DNA from: Eledone cirrhosa | Taxonomy: Eukaryota | NCBI GenBank assembly: GCA_964016885.1 | Contig: OZ024741.1 | Location: 409,634,001 to 409,698,000 of the forward strand | Reading direction: 5' to 3' | DNA: 64,000 nucleotides | Shown here: one piece after another, positions 23,324-36,000 of the stretch | Layout of the letters: every line of letters starts with the position of its first letter | How positions within the stretch are numbered: position 1 is the stretch's first letter | Translations under genes and position numbers: made by a program | The notes under the pieces: model-generated | Seen by the model: the letters and a program-made list of their open reading frames with translations, nothing else | The model's database searches: none | What the model was told of the DNA's origin: nothing

Positions 23324-23457
23324 CGCTTTCCTGATAACAGTTCTAGTCCTGTAGAAACCAGTTCTATATTAAATATGATGTTTACACTCTACTAATGTAC
23401 TGAGTACTTTATTGACTGTGGTTACCTCCGGTTGAACCTAGGGTTCACACACATATA

Positions 23458-23496
<39 letters not shown>

Positions 23497-23633
23497 GAAA
23501 AAAGAGAAGAATGACTTCACTGCCGGTTGGTAGCAACAAATGACTTGTGCCCTATATTGATTTACACTTCTTCAGTTATACTTACACGATTTTATTACCA
23601 CCCTCTATCTCTCTTTCTCTCCATATATATATA

Positions 23634-24494
23634 TCATTATCTATAAAAGGCCGATTGTTGTTGTTGTGTGTGTGTGTGTGTGTGCATGTTCCATGTTTAT
23701 ACATTTGCACAATTTCAAACCGATTTGACTCAAAGTCTGTAAGAATGTTGTAAATGGTCTAACTTAGGTCAACGACTATTTATTTCATTCACACTCACCC
23801 ACAATTACGGAAATAATCGATAAAACTAAATACATGATGCTTTACCCCTCTAATACAATCAGATTACCTCTCTCTACTCCCCTTAAACTTTAAGAGAGAG
23901 AGAGAGAGAACGTTTGTTTTTGAGTGTGAAACGGTCAAACATTTATTTACTTCAATGACAAAGAGAACTTATTACATTTCATTCGAAACAACAATTATTC
24001 AAAAGCAACAGATCAATTTATTCAACAACAAAAAAATAGCAATAAATCTTTTTTAAAACATCTATCAACGAACGTGGAAGAAAGAAGTATCAGTTCATTT
24101 ACTATACACAATAATATCCTCTATGTAGTCACTAAACCTGCTAGAAACAGCAGCTAACTCTCCCCCATATCACACCCCTCCCTACTGTCTTAAATTTAGA
24201 AAACACACATTAGACAACCATGCAGAACTCCATCGCAGCTCTGTTGTTCGGCTGGCATCGTCTACGCGCGTGTTGCGCAAGTATTGTGAAACAATAAATT
24301 TCAACACTTCTTTGCACAGAGATAATATCCATAGGCGAAACTACAATTGTCACTGCTGGCGCAGCTCCTGCAGTCCAGGTCTGCAATTCATTCACCCAGT
24401 GCCTGGCAGACAAAAAAGTGCTGCCATAAAATGGGTGGTGCAACCTAACTTTGGTAACTTACTGACCCCGAGCAACGCCGGGCTTTAATGCTAG
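23634..24494 (+). mobile_element. Non-autonomous Helitron
   Basis: 5' TC...TATAAAAGG. 3' hairpin CCCGAGCAACGCCGGG followed by CTAG|T, the same 3' end as the 59044-60868 elements. Confidence 0.75.
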
Positions 24495-24743
24495 TATATA
24501 TATATATAGACACACATATATCATCATCAATTAACGTCTATCTTCCACGCTAACATGGGTTAGACAGATTTGTCCCATTTAGAGGCAAGTTGAATCAGGT
24601 GACCATGTGTCACTTATATTGGACTGTTTCTGGCTGGATGCCCTTCCTAACACCAATCACATTGACAGTGTGTGCTGGATGTTCTATGGTACCAGCATAA
24701 TATATATTGGAAAATGTGTGAGATCCTTGGTACAGTTAGGTAA

Positions 24744-25147
24744 ATTTGAAAAAAAGGAAAAGAATGACTTCACTTGTAGTGTTAAAAAATTTATGATTTA
24801 ATGTTTTAATATTATAATATTATGAGTTGGTAGATCCAGTAAGTTCTTTGTTAACTTCAGTGGGAAGAATTTTTGAGATTCCTGGTTAACTTGGGTTGGA
24901 GAACTTTTTCGCATTCGTCTGTCTGTGGCGATTGTCAAACTGAGATCGCAGTTTGACAATCGCCACAGACAGACGAATGCAAAAAAGTTCTCCAACCCAA
25001 GTTAACCAGGAATCTCAAAAATTCTTCCCACCGAAGTTAACAAAGAACTTACTGGATCTACCAACTCATAATATTATAATATTAAAACATTAAATCATAA
25101 ATTTTTTAACACTACAAGTGAAGTCATTCTTTTCCTTTTTTTCAAAT
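24744..25147. repeat. 404-bp near-perfect palindrome (202-bp arms, no spacer, centre GATC)
   Basis: The arms differ at about 3 positions by eye. The terminus GAAAAAAAGGAAAAGAATGACTTCAC resembles 23497-23521. Confidence 0.95.
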
Positions 25148-25177
25148 ATATATATATATATATATATGTACATATGT

Positions 25178-27675
25178 GCAAATGACTTCCTTGAGCTAGT
25201 GCTGGACTCGAATTGGTCCCAAGTAGTCACTTCCCCAACAAGAGGTGACAACACTTTGGACCTGCTCTTCACCACTACTCCTGAAATGGTTATTAGTGTA
25301 ACTGCTGAGGAACCTTTAGGTGACTCTGATCATGCTATGATCATTGCCAATCTATCCCTCATGGGCAGTAACAAAAACCACAACCATCTCCAAACTGCTC
25401 ACTTTGACTGGAATAAAGTAGACTGGAACTGTTACTGCACCGAGCTGCAACATCCAAACTGGCTTGAGTTCTACGACTCTGGAGATGTCAACACTGTACT
25501 CCTGAACATCCTGAGCTCAATATGGACAGCATGTGCAGCATCGGTGCCATGTAAGCAGAAAAACATCCCAAAAGTGCAATTTGGGAGACTGCAGCAGTGC
25601 GTCTTGCCAGAAAAGAATGTTGTAATGCTGAATGTGAGTACAAACTGCATAAATCAGATATCAATAGGAAGAGGCGAAATAAATCATCCTACCATATCAA
25701 ACAGGTGACAAAAAAAGCAGTGCTTAGCAACCAGCCCTGACAGTAAGGTGTTCTGGAAGTATTTTCACTCAAAGCAGAGGCCTCACTCTCCAGTTGGTCT
25801 TCTTCGCAATCCCCACACAACCCAGGTTACTGACGACCTCAAGGAATGTGCAGAGCTCATTGCTGAATGCTATGCAGGCATTTTCACTATTGAAGACCAG
25901 AGTGTACCGTCTCCACCACCTATGACACCGGATTTTATTACAACCATGGAATTTACACCTGCAATGCTGCAACGTCACCTTAAAAATAAATGCAACCATG
26001 CCTCTCCTGGTCTTGATGGTGTTACGTACCTGCTTCTTAAACGTGGTGGGTACTTCCTTCTACACCAGTTATCACGCTTCTTCCAATTCTGTCTGAACAA
26101 CAGTGCTACTCCAGAACAGTGGAAAACTGCCAGTGTCATTCCTCTGTTCAAAAAGGGTGACCGCACATCACCTGTGAACTATCGTCCAGTCAGTCTTACT
26201 AGCTGGATTGCCAAACTGATGGAATCCTGTGTCAGAGAAACACCTTGGAACTCTCACAGCCTCATCCGGCCCTCGCAATTTGGATTTATCCCCAACTCCA
26301 GCTGTTGTGATCAACTTATCGAGTTTCTTGAAGACATCACCCGGATCACTGATGGCGGCTCATGGGTGGATGTTGTTTACCTTGACTTTGCTAAAGCTTT
26401 CAATTCTGTGTCACACAAAAAAGGCTTATGGCAAAACTCTCTGCAATGGGTGTGAAGGATGATCTTTTTAACTGGTTGAAGTCCTTCAATCTCAGTCGAA
26501 GAGAGGTAGTCACGGTTCTAGGACAGCATTCCTCACCATATGAGATGTCATCTGGTGTACCACAGGGATCTGTTCTTGGCCCCCTTTTGTTTGTGGCACA
26601 TATTAATGACATAGATGCCAACTTAAAGAATGCCACAGTACTGAAATATGCAGATGACACCAAGCTGTACCTTGAGATAAAAAGGACAGATCCTGAACAC
26701 TATAGATCTTACCTGCAATCTGACCTGGACACAATGCAACAATGGATCACAGACTGGCAACTCAAGCTAGCTGTAGACAAGTGCACCACCATGCATTTTG
26801 GGAGTAAAAACCCAGCGTCCACATACTCCCACTACAGCACTAATATCAAGAAGTCCTCTTGTGAACGTGACCTGGGCATTACGGTCAGCAGCGATTTGCG
26901 TTGGACAAAGCACATCTCTAAAATTGTCAAGAAGGCCGAGGGTGTCTTAGCATCACTCAGCAAGACCTTTGTCAGCCGCTCTCCAGCTATCTATTTAAAG
27001 CTGTACATGGCTATGGTGCAGCCACACTTAGAATTTGCATCACCAGTCTGGAACCCCTATCTTGCTCAGAACATTGACCGCCTGGAAACTGTTCAGAGAC
27101 GTGCAACCAAGCACATACCCTCCATCAGGCATCTACCATACTCTGAACACCTTGCTTCCCTGGGCATGGATACATTGAAGCTCCGACGTCTGGCAACTGA
27201 CTTGGTAAACACCCACAAAATTATTAACCATCTTGCCAACAACAACCCTGAGTACGTTTTTGATTTCCATGTGTCTAACACACGTGGGCATGCTCACAAA
27301 GTCAGAAAACAGCAGTTCCCATGACTTTCAGAAACATTTTTTCACGCTTAGAGTTGCTGAAGCATGGAACAAACAACCAGCATCAGTTGTTAGCTGTCGA
27401 GACACTGCATCCTTTAAAACCTCCATGGAACAAACTACCTGCATCAGTTATTAGCTGTTGAAACACTGCATCCTTTAAAACCCTCATGCTTCCTGAGATT
27501 CGCCAACACTACACCTAATATTCCTCCTCCGTACATATACACACATGTATATCATGACTCGTACACTATTCACTTCCCTGACATTTGTATATTATTCTAT
27601 GTACTATACATGCACCTTTGACGAGTTGTAGTGCACCTGAGCACTGTACACAATAATTTCATTATTATTATTATT
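25178..27675 (+). mobile_element. CR1-group LINE (family 2), truncated ORF2 pseudogene (APE C-terminus + RT), (ATT)n tail
   Basis: PTRGDNTLDLLFT...LGDSDH; NYRPVSLTS; YLDFAKAFNSV; SGVPQGSVLGP; YADD. Several frameshifts. Confidence 0.93.
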
Positions 27676-29603
27676 CCAACCATCTCAAGCAAGTGACAAA
27701 AAAGGCAGTGCTTGAATTTGAACAGTGCTTAGCAACCAATCCTGACAGTAAGGTGTTCTGGAAATATGTTCATTCAAAGCAGAGACCTCACTCTCCAGTT
27801 GGTCCTCTTCGCAATCTCCACACAAGCCAGATCACTGACGATCCCAAAGAATGACAGAACTCATTGCTGAGTGCTATGCAAGCATTTTTACTGTTGAAAA
27901 CCAGAATGTACCATCTCCACCATCTCTAACATCAAATTCCATAACAACTATGGAATTTATACATGCAATGTTGCGACGTCACCTTAAGAATAAGCGCAAC
28001 TATGCCTCCCCTGGTCTTGATGGTGTTACATACCTGCTTCTCAAACGTGGCGGGTACTTCCTTTTGCACCAGCTTTCTTTCTTCTTTCAATACTGTCTCA
28101 ACAATGGTGCTACTCCAGAGCAGTGGAAAACTGCCAGTGTCATTCCCCTATTCAAAAAGGGCGACCGCACGTCACCTGTCAACTATCGTCCAGTCAGTCT
28201 TACTAGCTGTATTGCCAAACTGATGGAATCCTGTGTCAGAGAAACACTTTGGAACTTCTGGAGCTCTCACAACCTCATCCGGCCCTCGCAATTTGGATTT
28301 ATCCCCAACTCCAGCTGCTGTGATCAACTTATCGAGTTTCTTGAAGACATCACCCGGATCACTGATGGCGGCTCATGGGTGGATGTTGTTTACCTTGACT
28401 TTGCTAAAGCTTTCAATTCTGTGCCACACAAAAGACTTATGGCAAAACTCTCTGCAATGGGTGTGAGGGATGATCTTTTTAACAGGTTGAAGTCCTTCAA
28501 TCTCAGCCGAAAAGAGAGGTAGTCACGGTTCTGGGACAACATTCTTCACCATATGAAATGTCTTCTGGTGCACCACAGGGATCTCTTCTTGGTCCCCTTT
28601 TGTTTGTGGCATATACTAATGACATAGATGCTAACTTAAAGAATGCCACAGTACTGAAATATGCAGATGACATCAAGCTGTACCTTGAAATCAAAAGGAC
28701 TGATCCTGAAATCTACAAATCTTTCCTACAATCAGACCTGGACACAATGCAGCAATGGATCACAGACTGGCAACTGAAGCTGGCTGTGGACAAGTGTACC
28801 ACCATGTATTTTGGGAGGAAAAATCCAGCATCCACATACTCCCTCCACAACACTGATATCAAGAAGTCCTCTTGTGAACGTGACCTGGGCATTACTATCA
28901 GCAGCGATTTGTGTTGGACAAAGCATGTCTCTAAGATTGTCAAGAAGGCCGAGGGTGTCTTGGCATCACTCAGCAAGACCTTTGTCAGCCACTCTCCAGC
29001 TATTTATTTAAAGCTGTATACAGCTATGGTACGACCACATTTGGAATTCGCATCATCAGTCTGGAACCTCTATCTTGCTCAGAACATTGACCTCCTGGAA
29101 ACTGTTCAGAGACGTGCAACCAAGCGAATACCCTCCATCAGACACCTACCATACTCTGAATGCCTTGCTTCCCTGGGCTTGGATTCATTGAAGCTCCGAC
29201 GCCTGGCAACTGACTTTGTAAACACCCACAAGATTATTAACCATCTCGCCAACAACAACCCTGAGCACCTTTTTGATCTTCATGTGTCTAACACACGTGG
29301 ACATGCCCACAAAGTCAGAAAACAACACAGCTCCCATGACTTTCGTAAACATATTTTCACGCTCAGAGTTGCTGAAGCATGGAACAAACTGCCTGGGTCA
29401 GTTGTTAGCTGTCGAGACACTGCATCCTTTAAGACACTCATGCTTCCCGAAATACGCCAAAACTACACCTGATGTACCCCTTCCATACACACGCACTGTT
29501 CACTTTCCTGACGTTTGTACATTACTCTATGTACTATACATACACTTTTTGATGAGTTGTAATGCACCTGAGCACTGTACACAATATTTCATTATTATTA
29601 TTA
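27676..29603 (+). mobile_element. Second CR1-group family-2 copy joined directly to the tail of the first
   Basis: Homologous to ~25690-27675 and 17597-18697. RT ORFs 27851-28522 and 28558-29472 are separated by a frameshift. (ATT)n tail. Confidence 0.93.
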
Positions 29604-30046
29604 TATATATGCACACATCATGATAATGATATACCCATATAAATATATCTGCGTTCAAACACATATACCATATATATGCAATATACATACACACATCATA
29701 TATATACATACACACTTCATATATATACACACATAAATATATCATCAATCTCGTTTAACGTCCATTATTCATGGGTAGGACGGTTTTTCCCTTAGGGAAA
29801 AAACAGGTCAGAGGACTATGTTTGGCTCACCCAGGGGCAGATTTTGGCTTGGTTTCTACAGCTGAGTGCCCTTCCTAACGCCAAACTTCCTATTCGCCAG
29901 ATAAGACGACCCCAAAAAAATACAGCAGTTGCAGGGAAAATAATTCAAAAAATTTAGTGCTGCACTAAAGTCTAAGATACTTCTTCTAAAACACTTCAGT
30001 CACAAGTGAGCTGTAACTCAATGAGTAAACCAGCCTAACCCTAACG

Positions 30047-33000
30047 AACCTATGGTAACCTACACTATGGTAACCTACCCTCTGGTAACCTACACTATGG
30101 TAACCTACCCTCTGGTAACCTAACCTATGGTAACCTACCCTCTGGTAACCTAACCTGTGGTAACCTGCCCTCTGGTAACCTACCCTCTGGTAACCTACAC
30201 TATGGTAACCTACACTATGGTAACCTACCCTCTGGTAACCTAACCTATGGTAACATACCCTCTGGTAACCTAACCTATGGTAACATACCCTCTGGTAACC
30301 TAACCTATGGTAACCTACCCTCTGGTAACCTAACATATGGTAACCTACCCTCTGGTAACCTACACTATGGTAACCTAACCTATAGTTACCTAAACTATGG
30401 TAACCTACCCATTGGTAACCTAACCTATGGTAACCTAGCCTATAGTAATCTACCCTATGGTAACCTACCCTATGGTAACCTACCTTCTGGTAACCTATTC
30501 TATAGTAACCTAAACTATGGTAACCTGCCCTGAAGTTACCTAGCCTATGGTAACCTACCCTATAGTAACCTAAACTATGGTAACCTAGCCTATGGTAACC
30601 TAGCCTATGGTAACCTAAACTATGGTAACCTACTCTATGGTAATCTAACCTATAGTGACCTAAACTATGGTAACCTAGCCTATGGTAACCTAAACTATGG
30701 TAACCTGAACTATGGTAACCTACCCTATGGTAACCTAACCTATAGTGTCCTAAACTATGGTAACCTAAACTATGGTAACCTAAACTATGGTAACCTAGCC
30801 TATGGTAACCTAAACTATGGTAACCTACTCTATGGTAACCTAACCTATAGTAACCTAAACTATGGTAACCTAAACTATGGTAACCTACCCTATGGTAACC
30901 TACATTATGGTAACCTACCCTATAGTAACCTACCCTATGGAAACATACCCTATGGTAACCTAACCTATAGTAACTAACCCTATGGTAACCTAACCTATGG
31001 TAACCTAACCTATAGTATCCTACCCTATGTTAACCTAAACTATAGTAAGCTACCCTATGGTAACCTAACCTATAGTGACCTAAACTATAGTAACCTACCT
31101 ATGGTAACCTAAACTATGGGAACTTACCCATGGTAACCTGCCCTCTGGTAACCTACCCTCTAGTAACCTACCCTATGGTAACCTCTAACCTATAGTAACC
31201 TAACCTATGGTAACCTAACCTATAGTAACCTAAACTATAGTAACCTACCCTATGGTAAACTACCCTAGGGTAACCTAACCTATGGTAATCTACACTATAG
31301 TAACCTAAACTGTGGTAACCTACACTATGGTAACCTAAACTATGGTAACCTAAACTATGGTAACCTAAACTATGGTAACATACCCTATGGTAACCTAACC
31401 TATAGTAACCTAAACTATGGTCACCTACCCTATGGTAACCTAACATATAGTAACCTACCCTATGGTAACCTACCCTATAGTAACCTAACATAGTAACCTA
31501 AACTATGGTAACCTACCCTATGGTAACCTAACCTATAGTAACCTAAACTATGGTAACCTAAGCTATGGTAACCTAACCTATAGTAACCTAAACTATAGTA
31601 ACCTACCCTATGGTAACCTAAACTATGGTAACCTCAACTATAGTAACCTAACCTATGGTAACCTAAACTATAGTAACCTAAACTATGGTAACCTACCCTA
31701 TGGTAACCTACCCTATAGTAACCTACCCTATGGTAACCTAAGCTATAGTAACATAAACTATGGCAACATACCCTATGGTAACCTAAACTATGATAACCTA
31801 CCCTATGGTAACCTAACATAGTAACCTAAACTATGGTAACCTACCCTATGGTAACCTAAACTATGGTAACCTACCCTATGGTAACCTAAACTATGGTAAC
31901 CTACCCTATGGTAACCTAACCTATAGTAACCTAAACTATGGTAACCTAACCTATGGTAACCTAACCTATAGTGACCTAAACTATGGTAACCTACTCTATG
32001 GTAACCTAAACTATGGTAAGCTACCCTATGGTAACCTAAACTATAGTAACCTAAACTATGGTAACCTAAACTATAGTAACCTAAACTATGGTAACCTACC
32101 CTATGGTAACCTAAACTATGGTAACCTAAACTATAGTAACCTAAACTATGGTAACCTACTCTATAGTAACCTATGCTATGGTAACCTAAATTTTAGTAAC
32201 CTACCCTATGGTAACCTAAACTATCTTAACCTACCCTATGGTAACCTAGCCTATGGTAACCTACCCTATAGTAACCTAAACTATGGTAACCTAAACTATG
32301 GTAACCTACCTATGGTAACCTAGCCTATGGTAACCTACCCTATAGTAACATACCCTATGGTAACGTAACCTACAGTAACGTAACCTATAGTAACCTATGC
32401 TATGGTAACCTAACCTATGGTAACCTAACCTACCCTATAGTAACCTAATTATGGTAACCTACCCTATGGTAACCTAACATATAGTAACCTAAATTATTGT
32501 AACCCACCCTATGGTAACCTACCCTATGGTAACCTACCCTATAGTAACCTAACCTATGGTAACCTAACCTATAGTAACCTAATTATGGTAACCTAACATA
32601 TAATAAACTAAACTATTGTAACCCACCCTATGGTACCTAACCTATGGTGACCTATCCTATGGTAACCTAACCTATGGTAACCTAACCTATGGTAACCTAC
32701 CCTATAGTAACATACCCTATGGTAACCTATAGTAACCTACCCTATAGTAACCTAACCTATGGTAACCTACCATATGGAAACCTACCCTATAGTAACCTAA
32801 CCTATAGTAACCTAAACTATGGTAACCTAAGCTATGGTAACCTAAACTATAGTAACCTAACCTATGGTAACCTAAACTATGGTAACCTAACCTATAGCAA
32901 CCTAAACTATGGTAACCTAAGCTATGGTAACCTAACCTATGGTAACCTAAACTATGGTAACCTAACCTATAGTAACCTAACCTATAGCAACCTAAACTAT

Positions 33001-36000
33001 GGTAACCTAAGCTATGGTAACCTAAACTATGGTAACCTAAGCTATGGTAACCTAAACTATGGTAACCTAACCTATGGTAACCTAAACTATGGTAACCTAA
33101 CCTATAGTAACCTAACCTATAGCAACCTAAACTATGGTAACCTAACCTATAGCAACCTAAACTATGGTAACCTAACCTATGGTAACCTAACCTATAGCAA
33201 CCTAAACTATGGTAACCTAACCTATAGCAACCTAAACTATGGTAACCTAACCTATAGCAACCTAAACTATGGTAACCTAACCTATGGTAACCTAACCTAT
33301 AGCAACCTAAACTATGGTAACCTAACCTATAGCATCCTAAGCTATGGTAACCTAACCTATAGCAACCTAAACTATGGTAACCTAACCTATGGTAACCTAA
33401 CCTATAGCAACCTAAACTATGGTAACCTAACCTATGGTAACCTAACCTATAGCAACCTAAACTATGGTAACCCAACCTATGGTAACCTAACCTATAGCAA
33501 CCTAAACTATGGTAACCTAACCTATGGTAACCTAACCTATAGCAACCTAAACTATGGTAACCTAACCTATGGTAACCTAACCTGTAGCAACCTAAACTAT
33601 GGTAACCTAACCTATGGTAACCTAACCTATAGCAACCTAAACTATGGTAACCTAACCTATGGTAACCTAACCTATAGCAACCTAAACTATGGTAACCTAA
33701 CCTATGGTAACCTAACCTATAGCAACCTAAACTATGGTAACCTAACCTATAGAAACCTAAACTATGGTAACCTAACCTATAGCAACCTAAACTATGGTAA
33801 CCTAACCTATGGTAACCTAACCTATAGCAACCTAAACTATGGTAACCTAACCTATAGCAACCTAAACTATGGTAACCTAACCTATGGTAACCTAACCTAT
33901 AGCAACCTAAACTATGGTAACCTAACCTATAGCAACCTAAACTATGGTAACCTAACCTATAGCAACCTAAACTATGGTAACCTAACCTATGGTAACCTAA
34001 CCTATAGCAACCTAAACTATGGTAACCTAACCTATGGTAACCTAACCTATAGCAACCTAACCTATGGTAACCTAACCTATAGCAACCTAAACTATGGTAA
34101 CCTAACCTATAGCAACCTAAACTATGGTAACCTAACCTATAGCAACCTAAACTATGGTAACCTAACCTATGGTAACCTAACCTATAGCAACCTAAACTAT
34201 GGTAACCTAACCTATAGCAACCTAAACTATGGTAACCTAACCTATAGCAACCTAAACTATGGTAACCTAACCTATAGCAACCTAAACTATGGTAACCTAA
34301 CCTATAGCAACCTGAACTATGGTAACCTAACCTATGGTAACCTAACCTATAGCAACCTAACCTATAGCAACCTAAACTATGGTAACCTAACCTATAGCAA
34401 CCTAACCTATGGTAACCTAACCTATAGCAACCTAAACTATGGTAACCTAACCTATAGCAACCTAAACTATGGTAACCTAACCTATAGCAACCTAAACTAT
34501 GGTAACCTAAACTATGGTAACCTAACCTATAGCAACCTAAACTATGGTAACCTAACCTATGATAACCTACCCTCTAGTAACCTACCCATTGGTAACCTAA
34601 CCTATAGTAATCTACCCTATGGTAACCTATCCTATGGTAACCTGCCCTGAAATTGCCTAGCCTATGGTAACCTAAACTATGGTAACCTAGCCTATGGTAA
34701 CCTAAACTATGGTAACCTAACCTATAGTAACCTAAACTATGGTAACCTACCCTATGGTAACCCAGCCTATAATAACCTACCCTAAGGAAACATACCCTAT
34801 GGTAACCTACCCTATGGTAACCTAAACTATGGTAACCTACCCTATGGTAACCTACCCTATGGTAACCTAACCTATAGTAACCTACCCTATGTTAACCTAA
34901 ACTATAGTAACCTACCCTATGTTAACCTAACCTATAGTAAGCTACCCTATAGTAACCTAAACTATGGTAACCTACCCTATGGTAACCTAACCTATAGTGA
35001 CCTAAACTATGGTAACCTAAACTATGGTAACCTACTCTATAGTAACCTAACCTATGGTAACCTAAATTTTAGTAACCTACTCTATGGTAACCTAAACTAT
35101 GTTAACCTACCCTATGGTAACCTAGCCTATGGTAACCTACCCTATAGTAACCTAAACTATGGTAACCTACCCTATGGTAACCTACCTATGGTAACCTACC
35201 CTATGGTAACCTACCCTATAGTAACCTAAACTATGGTAACCTAAACTATGGTAACCTAAGCTATAGTAACCTAAACTATGGTAACCTACCCTATGGTAAC
35301 CTACCCTATAGTAACATACCCTATGGTAACGTAACCTACAGTAACGTAACCTATAGTAACCTATGCTATGGTAACCTAACCTATGGTAACCTAACCTACC
35401 CTATAGTAACCTAACCTATAGTAACCGAATTATGGTAACCTACCCTATGGTAACCTAACATATAGTAACCTAAATTATTGTAACCCACCCTATGGTAACC
35501 TACCCTATGGTAACCTACCCTATAGTAACCTAACCTATAGTAACCTAATTATGGTAACCTAACATATAATAAACTAAACTATTGTAACCCACCCTATGGT
35601 ACCTAACCTATGGTGACCTATCCTATGGTAACCTACCCTATAGTAACATACCCTATGGTAACCTATAGTAACCTACCCTATAGTAACCTAACCTATGGTA
35701 ACCTACCATATGGAAACCTACCCTATAGTAACCTAACCTATAGTAACCTAAACTATGGTAACCTAAGCTATGGTAACCTAACCTATGGTAACCTAAGCTA
35801 TGGTAACCTAACCTATGGTAACCTAACCTATGGTAACCTAACCTATAGCAACCTAAACTATGGTAACCTAAGCTATGGTAACCTAAACTATGGTAACCTA
35901 AGCTATGGTAACCTAAACTATGGTAACCTAACCTATGGTAACCTAACCTATAGTAACCTAACCTATAGCAACCTAAACTATGGTAACCTAACCTATAGCA

